DNA of 63,785 nt, counting the filler, from Octopus bimaculoides (lineage: Eukaryota): the NCBI RefSeq assembly GCF_001194135.2. It is 6 parts of 5 records of this genome, joined end to end, with 100 filler letters (N's around TTAATTAATTAA, not from the genome) between each part and the next. Parts side by side here need not be neighbours in the genome. Positions count along the whole stretch, not along the records: positions 16,828 to 39,455 come from NC_068985.1; positions 39,556 to 41,543 come from NC_068990.1; positions 41,644 to 54,838 come from NC_068981.1; 3 more parts are not named here. The stretch is one strand, 5' to 3'. The position numbers and the translations under genes were made by a program. Shown piece after piece: positions 36,788 to 48,500 of this stretch (position 1 is its first letter; each line of letters opens with the position of its first letter). Under the pieces are notes generated by a model, which searched no databases, was not told the origin of the DNA, and was given only the letters and a program-made list of their open reading frames with translations.

Positions 36788-37399
36788 NNNNNNNNNNNNN
36801 NNNNNNNNNNNNNNNNNNNNNNNNNNNNNNNNNNNNNNNNNNNNNNNNNNNNNNNNNNNNNNNNNNNNNNNNNNNNNNNNNNNNNNNNNNNNNNNNNNNN
36901 NNNNNNNNNNNNNNNNNNNNNNNNNNNNNNNNNNNNNNNNNNNNNNNNNNNNNNNNNNNNNNNNNNNNNNNNNNNNNNNNNNNNNNNNNNNNNNNNNNNN
37001 NNNNNNNNNNNNNNNNNNNNNNNNNNNNNNNNNNNNNNNNNNNNNNNNNNNNNNNNNNNNNNNNNNNNNNNNNNNNNNNNNNNNNNNNNNNNNNNNNNNN
37101 NNNNNNNNNNNNNNNNNNNNNNNNNNNNNNNNNNNNNNNNNNNNNNNNNNNNNNNNNNNNNNNNNNNNNNNNNNNNNNNNNNNNNNNNNNNNNNNNNNNN
37201 NNNNNNNNNNNNNNNNNNNNNNNNNNNNNNNNNNNNNNNNNNNNNNNNNNNNNNNNNNNNNNNNNNNNNNNNNNNNNNNNNNNNNNNNNNNNNNNNNNNN
37301 NNNNNNNNNNNNNNNNNNNNNNNNNNNNNNNNNNNNNNNCTTGCAACTTGGTTACAATACCAAAAATTAACAATTTCTATTAATTAGAATGGATTTCGA

Positions 37400-37625
37400 G
37401 GCGGCGAGCTGGCAGAAACGTTAGCAGGCCGGGCGAAATGCTTAGCGGTATTTCGTCTGCCGCTACGTTCTGAGTTCAAATTCCGCCGAGGTCGACTTTG
37501 CCTTTCATCCTTTCGGGGGTCGATAAATTAAGTACCAGTTACGCACTGGTGTCGATGTAATCGACTTAATCCCTTTGTCTGTCCTTGTTTGTCCCCGCTA
37601 TGTTTAGTCCCTTGTAGGCAATAAA
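37400..37625 (+). mobile_element. tRNA-derived SINE family A (GGCGGCGAGCTGGCAGAA...GAGTTCAAATTCC...GCCTTTCATCCTTTCGGGGTCGATAA)
   Basis: A/B boxes and a conserved central domain. More than 15 copies or fragments, e.g. ~1770-1975, 5675-5880, 6030-6430, 7450-7640, 14990-15110, 18836-19040, 28170-28460, 35300-35460(-), 44960-45184. Confidence 0.85.
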
Positions 37626-38526
37626 AAAATAAGAATCGTTAGTATGCCGGGAAAAATGCTTGCGGCATTTCGTCTGTCTTTACGTTGTGAGTTCCGCTGG
37701 GGTCGACTTTGACTTTCATCCTATCGGAGTCGATAAGTTAAGTACGAGTGAAACGCGGAAGCCGAGGTAATAGACTAATCTTCTTCCTCAAAATTTCAGG
37801 CCTTACGCTTTTAGCAGAAAAGATTAATTAGAATGAATTTCATTAGAGTCTGGCATTGTTGGGTCATGTCCTTTGCCATCTTCCTCCCTGGCCTTCTTTT
37901 GCTGTTTTTGTTTTACTGGGTTGGACTGCTGGTCCAACGACCAACCATCTTTCTTTTTCCGAGCTTAAGACTGGCCTGGTACGATGACATTCTAAAGCGA
38001 GGTAACGTAAGACCACTTAGTGAAGACGACACATACTCCAGCTCCCAGAAGAATGCCATTTTAAAACAGTTTTCAGCTGGACACCACCAGAGGTAAAAAG
38101 AAAAGACCGATAACTACAGGGCATAATATTCGTAATAGATGAGAGAGAGAGAGGGGGGTTAATATCGCATAGACGGATGCAGAAAAAAATAGCAGCTAAC
38201 AGAAACAAGTGGCATCAATTTGCTGTCCAATGCGAGAAGGCACAGGAGAACTGATACCGATGCTTGACGCATGCCCGTCGCTAAGTGGTGCAATGGGTGG
38301 CTCTTCCCCCCCTCCCCCCTCCCCACTATCTAATGATGCACCCTCAGGTTTAGAAAACACTGTATACAAAGAAATCTTCTTGCAATACAAATTAGTGCCC
38401 ATTTGGAATATTTTAAAGCACCCCCAGTCACCAAAGTCTGGCGACGGGCCTGGCTTAGCATCAACATATAACTGCTAAAATCTATTTTCAATGAAGCCAT
38501 TCCATCAAAGAACTGAAAACACTTAC

Positions 38527-38629
38527 ATGACTGAGAACTTTTCTTTATTAATTGAACGCCGAAGTCTTTTAATGGTCTTCTTCAGACGTCTCTCCGTTTT
38601 CTTTCGGGTGCAATTAATATTACAAGATT
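38527..38629 (-). CDS. SCUBE: SCUBE-family exon (spacer region): (E)SCNINCTRKKTERRLKKTIKRLRRSINKEKFSV(I)
   Basis: ttattacag acceptor and gtaagt donor; 103 nt, phase 1 to 2. Resembles the vertebrate SCUBE2 spacer as I recall it ([31 protein letters not shown]). Contains an RLRR furin-type motif. Joins in frame to 35252. Not in the ORF track. Confidence 0.9.
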
Positions 38630-40219
38630 CTGTAATAAAAAAAAAGAGCGATTAATTGATTGGTTAAATGGTTAAAAGATCAATTGCTGATTGGTTATCA
38701 GTGGATATTGATTAGATTTATTAATTCAAGTGGGAATCTGTGCATATTTTGTATTTTAATTTTAAAACCAGAGGAACGACATCGGTGAGGTACTTTGACG
38801 TGAACAGGTGAAATATATCCAGGCACAATGTCATTCTTAGGACCTATTGCATGCAAAAAGATGTTAGAGTTCAGTTGGATGCGTAATTATAAAGATGGGA
38901 TTTTGTATAATAGTATTGGAAGAACTTGTTGCAGTTACAATAGCATTATAAAGGCCTATTGCGTAGAACAAAGATATAATCGTATTGTTAGAACAAGTGG
39001 ATGTTAGAACAACGAGCGTTTAATGTATTCAAGGTTGTTGATGAAACCCGCTTTGGACAAGGTCTCTCATATAAATATGTTGTAAGTCTGAGAGCTATAC
39101 TGCAGCTGTAGTTGTTGTTGGCACTCCGTCGCTCACGACGTCGAGGGTTCCAGTTGATCCGATCAACGGAACAGCCTGCTCGTGAAATTAACGTGCAAGT
39201 GGCTGAGCATTCTACAGACACGTGTACCCTTAACGTAGTTCTCGGGGATATTCAGCGTGACACAGAGTGACAAGGCTGACCCTTTGAATTACAGGCACAA
39301 CACAAACAGGAAGAGCGAGTGAGAGAAAGTTGTGGTGAAAGAGTACAGCAGGGTTCGCCACCATCCCCTGCCGGAGCCTCGTGGAGCTTTAGGTGTTTTC
39401 GCTCAATAAACACTCAACGCTCGGTCTGGGAATCGAAACCGCGATCCTATGACCGNNNNNNNNNNNNNNNNNNNNNNNNNNNNNNNNNNNNNNNNNNNNT
39501 TAATTAATTAANNNNNNNNNNNNNNNNNNNNNNNNNNNNNNNNNNNNNNNNNNNNAGTGATTGATGGTATGGTGGTGATGGTGGCGGCGGCAGAGGTGGA
39601 GTAGTAAGTGGTGGTGGTGGTGGTGGTGGTGATGGTGATGGTCACAGTAGTGTTAGTGGTTGTGGTGATTTTGGTGGTAGCGTTTTCAGTAGTTGGTTGA
39701 AATGGTTTCCTGGGGTTGTAACGTGGTGTAACGTGGAATTTGTGGGTGTTTCCTGAGATGTAAATAGCGTGTGAATGGTAATACAGCATTAATCAAACAG
39801 TACCGACAATGTATAGTCGAACCATTAATTGTTGGTGTAGCGGCAGAGTAATGGTAGTTGTGATAATGGTGGTGGTGGTGGTGATGGCGGTGGCGGTGGC
39901 GGTAGCGGTGGTGGTGGTGGTGGTAATTGTGGTATTGGTGGTTTTGGTAAGATGTACGAATGAGATCGGTATATTCGCTTGGATAATGATAACAATGCTC
40001 TTTAAGGATGACAAGAGATGTGATGATAGTATTGTGTGTGCATAAGGGAAGTTCGTTGGCTTAAACGGTTAGGGACAAGCACAAATTCTTTGAGACAATT
40101 TTTCCTGTTATTCGCATTTCGAGTTCGAATATTGTCGATGTCAGCCTCTACTTTCATTCTTCTGTGCCGGTTAATAAAGTCTCGATACATTTCACTTGCT
40201 CTGTCTGCCTGTCTCTTCT

Positions 40220-40256
<37 letters not shown>

Positions 40257-41767
40257 TTATTTATTTATCTGTCTATGTTTCTGCTTGCTCTTTTACTCTT
40301 TTACTTGTTTCAGTCATTTGACTGCGGCCATGCTGGAGTACCACCTTTAGTCGAGCAAATCGACCCTAGGACTTATTCTTTTGTAAGCCTAGTACTTATT
40401 CTATCAGTCTCTCTTGCTGAACCCCTAAATTACGGGGACGTAAACACACCAGCATCGGTTGTCAATCGATGTTGGGGAGACAAACACACACAAACACACA
40501 CACANNNNNNNNNNNNNNNNNNNNNNNNNNNNNNNNNNNNNNNNNNNNNNNNNNNNNNNNNNNNNNNNNNNNNNNNNNNNNNNNNNNNNNNNNNNNNNNN
40601 NNNNNNNNNNNNNNNNNNNNNNNNNNNNNNNNNNNNNNNNNNNNNNNNNNNNNNNNNNNNNNNNNNNNNNNNNNNNNNNNNNNNNNNNNNNNNNNNNNNN
40701 NNNNNNNNNNNNNNNNNNNNNNNNNNNNNNNNNNNNNNNNNNNNNNNNNNNNNNNNNNNNNNNNNNNNNNNNNNNNNNNNNNNNNNNNNNNNNNNNNNNN
40801 NNNNNNNNNNNNNNNNNNNNNNNNNNNNNNNNNNNNNNNNNNNNNNNNNNNNNNNNNNNNNNNNNNNNNNNNNNNNNNNNNNNNNNNNNNNNNNNNNNNN
40901 NNNNNNNNNTATATATACATATATACGACGGGCTTCTTTCAGTTTCTGTCTAACAAATCCACTCAGAAGGCTTTGGTCGGCCCGAGGCCATAGAAGAAAC
41001 ACTTGCCCAAGGTGCGACGCAGTGGGACTGAACCCGGAATCATTTGGTTGGTAAGTAAGCTAGTTTCAGCCATTAGAATGCGGCCATGTTGGAGCACCAC
41101 CTTCAAGAACTTTTTTATCATTGACCTGAGTACTACTTTTTAAAAATTGGCGCTTATTCTATTTGTCTCCTAGGACGAACCTCTTTGGTTCGGAGACTTA
41201 GCGGTAGTTGGGAACAAATAAGGACACAAAGACACACACACACACATACACGCACAAACACACACACAAGTACGCACATAATATGTGTATGTGTGTGTGT
41301 GTGTGTGTGTATACACATATACTCAGACACACACACATAAAGATATAAATATATATATCAAATTATATGCACAACCGAAGGACCTAATAGTTTCATGCTA
41401 TTACATTACTTGAACAGACATAATTATAATACACGCCATGTATCTTAAACCTTGCGAGTGGATCTGGTACACGGAAACTGAAAAAAAGCCCATCGTATAT
41501 GTGTATGTGTGTGTGTGTGTGTGTGTGTGTTGTGTGTGTGTGTNNNNNNNNNNNNNNNNNNNNNNNNNNNNNNNNNNNNNNNNNNNNTTAATTAATTAAN
41601 NNNNNNNNNNNNNNNNNNNNNNNNNNNNNNNNNNNNNNNNNNNCCCATGCTAGCATGGAAAGTGGACGTTAAACGATGATGATGATGATGGTGCAGTTCC
41701 TCCGCTTGTCAGGTCTGATCAACCCATCCAACCCATGCCAGCAATGTTAAAAGATGATGATGATGAT

Positions 41768-41798
<31 letters not shown>

Positions 41799-42309
41799 AT
41801 ATATATATATCTATGCTTCCATTACCTAGGTGACCAAGTCAGTAGCGGAGGAGGGTGCGCTGAAAGTGTAGCTATGTATATATAGTTGAGCCCATGCTAG
41901 CATGGAAAATTGAGTTATGATGATGATTATAATATAAAGAGCTGTTTGTCTATCTAGACACGACAAAACAGAAATCAATCATTAAGTATATGCATAATTA
42001 GAAATTACAATGACTATGATGATAAATAAAGCAGTCAATTTTGAGCAACCAAAAAGATTTTAGCTGTTTACATATTATTAAAGAGGCTGTACTTTTCTGG
42101 TCTGTTCTTTTTTTTATGAAATACCAGAGTACATTAGAAAAGCATTTACTTTGACTTATACCAATTACAAAAACTTTAAATCAAACAGAAAATGCTATGC
42201 ATGAAGCAAAATTAAAAAAAAAGCTACCAATTATTCAACATCTCAATGCTTTTCTCTATAAAATAAGTTTATCAATAAATTATTTATTAAATGATTTAAT
42301 AGTACTTAC

Positions 42310-42411
42310 CACAGGAACAACATACAAAGCATTTTGTATGATATAAGTTCCCCATAGCCTGACATGCCTCATTGCTACCAGTCACCTTCTCATTACATTT
42401 GAAACATTGCC
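42310..42411 (-). CDS. AJUBA/WTIP/LIMD1-like: Ajuba/WTIP/LIMD1-family LIM1 exon: (G)[33 protein letters not shown](G)
   Basis: ttttcttgttcag acceptor and gtaagt donor; 102 nt, phase 1 to 1. CxxC-x17-HxxCxxCxxC LIM ligands and the [10 protein letters not shown] motif characteristic of the Ajuba subfamily. Not in the ORF track. Confidence 0.92.
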
Positions 42412-42804
42412 CTGAACAAGAAAAAGCATATATGTATTATAATAATACAAAATGTTGTTTGAAATACAAAAAATTATAATTAAATAAATCAACATCATTC
42501 ATTAATGATGTTTATATTATTAACATCAGAAGGATAAAAGGTAAAAATGATCTTCATGAAAGATAAAGCTTTAAAAAAATCTTTAATGTTTATTTTGAAA
42601 ACTGTTATAATTTTGCAAACATAAGAATGATTGAGAAAATATTCTTATCAAAATTTTTAACTTCAAAATGGATTATTTTTTTCAGTTTTCAAGTGAAGTA
42701 TACCAGTAAAGTTTTATTTTGTCTCCCATACATCACAAAGTAAAAAGATAGAGAACCACTGCCCCAGACAGAGGATACATATTATAAAGAATTTAATCTG
42801 ATAG

Positions 42805-42852
<48 letters not shown>

Positions 42853-42932
42853 NNNNNNNNNNNNNNNNNNNNNNNNNNNNNNNNNNNNNNNNNNNNNNNN
42901 NNNNNNNNNNNNNNNNNNNNNNNNNNNNNNNN

Positions 42933-43017
<85 letters not shown>

Positions 43018-44060
43018 GAATGAGAAACAGCAAAAGAGCAAGAGAGAGCAGGAGAGAGATGGTGGTGAAGTGCCTGGGGATACTGACAAGTAACAAGGAT
43101 CAGAGCATAGATGTGATGGGAGAGTAAGGATGAGAGATAAATGGTAGTAATTGCCAGGGTATGCCCTCAAGGTACGGAGGTCATAATACATGTGGTCAGG
43201 CATTGCCCAGAAGAGAGTGGGGATTGCAGTGACCAGCAAACACCCAGGTATAAAGATAGGGTTGGGTAAAGCACAGCAGGGAAGGGGAGTGGGAGACAAT
43301 CATAATGTATGAAGAGGAAATGTGAGGAAGAGAAAGATGCAGTTTGGTTTCTTGGAGTAGGGTGTGTGAAAAGTTTGTTACATGTGGGTGGGACACAACA
43401 CTTCTAGCACTCAGTTCCACTGATGTTGGTGGGTCTACTCTAGAACCTCATATTGCCAAACATCTCAGTTGCTTGTCGTTTCCTCACTGATCCCTAACAT
43501 CCGGAGATCAGTTCTCAAGACTTCATTCTATGTCTTTCTGGCTCTCCTTCTTCCACAGGTATCCTTCACTTTCAGTGACAAGCACTTCCGTATACAGCTG
43601 TCTTTACTTATATGCAGCACATGTCCAAACCGATGCGTTCTCCTCGCCTGCATGCCACATTTAATTCCCCTTGTGCCTAACTTTTTTCCCAACATTGCAC
43701 AGAGTTGGTCATTTAATGTGTATTATGAAATTTTTAAGTTATTATTTCCAAGTGCTTTTTTATGAACATTCTCTTACTTAATGCAGAAATCCCACCCCCA
43801 ACCTGCAAGGAAATAAATAAATAAAATAAAAAATTTTTAATGAAAAGAAAAGAAAGGAGAAAACGCTAGGTAAAACAAATGTATGTGCGTGCATACATGC
43901 ACACACATACATACAAAACTGCCAAAAGTTTGGGAACTAAGCCAAAGAAAGATGCATCACAGGTAAGAGGTATATTTGCAAGACAAAATAAACAAATGAT
44001 ATAAGGATAAAAATAAATGTTGGCCTTTGTGTAATCTCTGAAAATAGAGCAACTCAATAA

Positions 44061-45578
44061 CACAGGTCTGCAACCAAAAAATTGTTTCACATTTATTGGG
44101 TGAAACCAATTTTTACCAGCTGATTTTAAAAATTACAAAAACAATCATCAATGTTACACAATAAGGCATGATTAATCCAAAACAATGTGAATAAATAAGC
44201 ATTACTTTTAACAGAATAATGTGAATAAACTATAACAGTAAAACTATAAATAAACTTTAACAGTAAAACAAATATTGTTGGACTCTCAGTGGGTTATGAA
44301 GGAAACATAAAAATTTGGTGTTACTCTTACACATGATTAAATTCCAAGATCACAACTGAATGATTTGTGGTGACTTGAAAATAATTTGCATGTTGCTTGG
44401 ACAAATAGTCAAGCTACATAAAGTGTCCTTGTTTCTTGTGTGTGGTCTAAAAAAGAATGGCCTAGTAGGGATATGCTCACATAAGGAACAAAGAATATTC
44501 TTTGAGAAAGTTTGGTTGACCCAAAATGGGGTTCTTTTGTCTCCTCTACATCTAAAACTTGGCCTCATGAAGCAATTTGTAAAAGCTCTGCCACAGGATG
44601 GAGAGGGCTTCAAGTATTTGTATAGCAAAGTTCCAAGGTTGAAGAGGGTGTATTTATAAGACTAGATATAAGGACACTTGTCAAAGATGAAGATTTTGAA
44701 AAATCTAAGTGATTCTCTAAAAAAGAACTTGGGTAATCACAAGCGTCCAAACATGATATAGTGGGAAGAATGCTGACAAAGTTCCAGGACTTAGGATGTA
44801 AAACGAGCATTATAGTTTGTTTTCTATATGCTCATTTGGATTTCTTTCTGGAAAATCTGTGAATGTGAGTGAGGAGCAGGGGAAAGGTTTCATCAGGACA
44901 CATAGGAGATGGAAAGAAGCTATCAGGAAAGATGTAATGTCAATATGATGGCTGACTACAAGGTGGCAAGCCGGCTGAATCATTAGCATGCCAGATCAAA
45001 TGTTTAGTAACATTCCGTCTTTATATTCTGACTTCAAATCCTGCTGAGGTCGACTTTGCCTTTCATCTTTTCAGGGTCAATAAAATAAGTACCAGTTGAG
45101 CACTGGGGTGGGGGTGGGGTCGATATAATTGACTTGTCCCACCCCCCACTCAAATTGTTGATCTTGTGCAAAACCTGAAACCAGTATGATGGCTACTGCT
45201 GGATTTTGCATCATGATTGTCTATCAAATGCTCACAAACGAAAGAGTTCCTGGCATTGTTTCCAAGGGAAAGAGAATAGATTTTGAGGTGCTGAACCTAA
45301 AACATAATTGGAACCCTTGTAAAAATCTATTTTCTCACCTTTCAATTACATTTGTGTTATTTTATTTTGCTAAATGAAGTATCAAGTTCATTTTTATTAG
45401 TTTCATTTTGTCCTGCCATATGTGGATTTACCTATACATAATAGTATATTTTATGATTAAATTGTGAGAAAACCTTAGGTAATGAGAAAGTGCTATTTTG
45501 ATTAGCATCACAAAAACACATGAAGTAACCTACAATTATCAAAACAATTTTCAAAAAGTTCCATTTTATGAACCTGTG
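44061..45578 (+). mobile_element. Degenerate Chapaev3-like (CMC superfamily) DNA transposon with a nested SINE (~44960-45184)
   Basis: TAA|CACAGG ... CCTGTG|TAA (CAC..GTG ends, 3-bp TSD). Fragments PLHLKLGLMKQFVKAL, LGNHK, AHLDFF, and a frameshifted SEEQGERFHQD...MMADYCW. Family assignment is from memory of these motifs. Confidence 0.7.
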
Positions 45579-48500
45579 TAATTTGCATCTTTATTAATAT
45601 TTAACTGATAATAAACTAAATGAAGCAACAATCTAAATTTCCAGAATCTATAAAATAGTGAAAATATCATGTAACACTTAATGAATCACTGGATCACCAC
45701 TTAACATTTTTCTTTTCATATAATGTATTGAGACAAGTGCATTTGATGGCTCTTATCTTCTGTAGACAATTGATTATAGCTAGTGAGGAGAAGTAACATC
45801 AGTGAAATTATTAAAACTGTGAATCAAATTTGGTGTCAGTGGACACTTAAACCATTCTAGGCTGCATTGTGTCAGGAGTTCATTCTGATGAACAAAAGAA
45901 ATGTTTGACATATTTTTATATTACTGAAAAACTATATAAACTTTTGTTTGTATTTATTTAAAATCATTTTCACCTTACAATATGCCAGCAAAGAAAATGT
46001 GTGGCAACAATAATGTATTTTTGTAATTTCAAAACACACTGGTTTACTATTTGACCTACCTACGCTGATCTTTATCAACTTATCAGTACTAAATCTTCTA
46101 CAAAACAGTTGTATCTTTAGATTATAGGCTTAAAAAATCTAGTTTCCTTACATCACATCATATTAGGAAAATTGCATCGCACACCACAGAGGATATTAAT
46201 TGATAAATAATTACATTGCCTTATGGTGTATTATGGTATTTTCTGGGTACATGAAAATTATTAACTCAATCCCACCAAATGATATATTCAGAATCATTGA
46301 CTGATAAGTAACAGCCTGGGAGAGCATTCATGGCATAAGTTATTCCAAAGATGAATCAGATCCAACTAGGTCAAATTCCTGATTCTTCAGAGCTTTAGGA
46401 ATTGCTTATAGGCCAAAAATTATTTTAGAGTAAAGCTCAATATATCTACTTTACACATAGATACACTTATAAAAATAACATGCAGGGATAACAAAGGAAA
46501 TATCTGGATCAGTTAAGTATATTAAGAACTAAAAGTATGGTTATGAGCAAAATAAACTAAAGTTCAAAAAAATAATAAATTGCTTGCAGCAGTACAGATT
46601 AAGATAGAGTGGTGGACTACCAGAATGGTTAGAGCATTGGGACAATATTTGTTCCAGCTCTTCCATTCTGAATTCAAATCTTTGTAGTGTCAATAAAACA
46701 ACACATCAATCAAGTGTTCATTTAAGTGACTGCTGATCTGTGACAATAGCAATGAACTAGCATGGTATTAAGTACAGCCCAAATCCATGTCCAACTGTAG
46801 GGATCTAACAACAGGTGAAGTGACACTTCAGTTGGCATTCATCGTTATCACATCAATATTATCTACTTGTAATCCCTTATGTTATTGCAAAACACACACA
46901 CCATTGACTTACACATAGTTCTCTCTCTCTTACGTTCAAGCAGACTCTTAAAAAACAAGTTAATGTAAAAGAAAAGCTGCAAGATTCAAAACAGATAATG
47001 GATACAACTAGCTATTATACCGATGTATGATGAAATAAATTTAAGAATATTAATGATGCTGATATTTTTATTATGGCTGGGTCAGAGTAGGGAGAACAGC
47101 ACTTATGACCTTTTGCCCAGCTTAAAAGACTGATGACGGAAAGGGTGAAAAAAAAAAAAAACACAGCTCAATTGGTTGAAGTAGTAGGAAACAGCACATA
47201 AAGACAATGAGTTATCCTTTGACCAGAGACCTAGTCTGAACACTTACAACAGAGTTATCTCTGCTAAAGACTAAGTAACAATGTAAATTCCTGTTGGAAA
47301 AGATTTATTGTACAAATTTTATATAAACATATATCAAATTCAGAAAGGAAAAGAAAACTAAACAGTAACAAAAATATTCTATCTTTTGCATGTTAATTTT
47401 CTCAGAAAGAGAAATTATTAAAAATAAAATTTAAATTGTTTGATACTTAAAAAAAAATCGGGGGTGGTCCTTTTAAATTTATATAATTCCCTTGTCATGC
47501 TGGAGCAGCAACTTTAGTCAAATAAATCAACCTCAAAGTTTATTTTTTAAAAATCTGGTACTTATTATATCAGTCTCTGTTGCCAAACTGCTATGTTACA
47601 GGGATGAAAACAAACCAACACCATTTGTCAAATGGTGGGGGTGACAAATACAAACACACATACACATTATATACAACAGGCTTCTCTCAGTTTTTGTCTG
47701 CCAAATCCACTCATTAGGGTTTGGTTGGCCCAGGACTATAGGTGAAGACACTTGCCTAAGGTGCCACACATGTTGTTGGCCAAAATAATTTCTAAATATA
47801 TCTCCCTTGAAAATTTTTTTAATGACTATAACCAAAGTAAGACTAAACTCCAGCCAACATTCATGAGTGATGACTTGACAGTATATATATATATATATAT
47901 ATATATAGTTGCAAGTAGATACAGATACCTATTCAGCCATCTCATATAAGACCTAATGGAACATCCAAGATGTAACCACTAGAGAGCAGGCTGTACTAGC
48001 TGGTACTTTTTTTTTAACAAACTCAGAAGAATGAAATACAAAGCGGACATGGGCAGAATTTGAACTCAGACTGCAGAGAACTACAACAAATGTTACAACA
48101 CATTCTGTCTAACACTAATGAATCTGCCAAATGAATGTCTTACATATATATAAGATAGTTACAAGTCTCAGACATTTTTCATTGTCATAAAAATTAATTT
48201 AGGAACTCTGTAAGATTGAATAACAACTTTTAGCTACTAGGAAGATAAAGCTTACTATTATTAGTGTAATTATCTACTAAATCATATACTAAAAGATGTA
48301 AATAGTACTTTTCAAAAATGAAATAACCATCAATGACACCCATATAATGTTAAGCTAAAGTGACTTAAATTTTATAGAAGCTCTAAGACTAGATAGCATA
48401 TTTGAACTATTTTTAAGAATTAAGAGAAAATGGCAATCTGTTATCTAATTCAGTAACCAGCTGTTTATCATTGACTTGAATTAGTGTGCATAGAAGCCAT

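Noticed and set aside
38196-38478. Overlapping ORFs on both strands next to the SCUBE exon
   Set aside because: No splice support or recognisable domain; probably a repeat fragment.
40002-40190. Charged minus-strand ORF (NRHRRMKVEADIDNIR...) as a SCUBE or Ajuba exon
   Set aside because: No polypyrimidine acceptor (upstream is an AG repeat), no donor, and no family motif.
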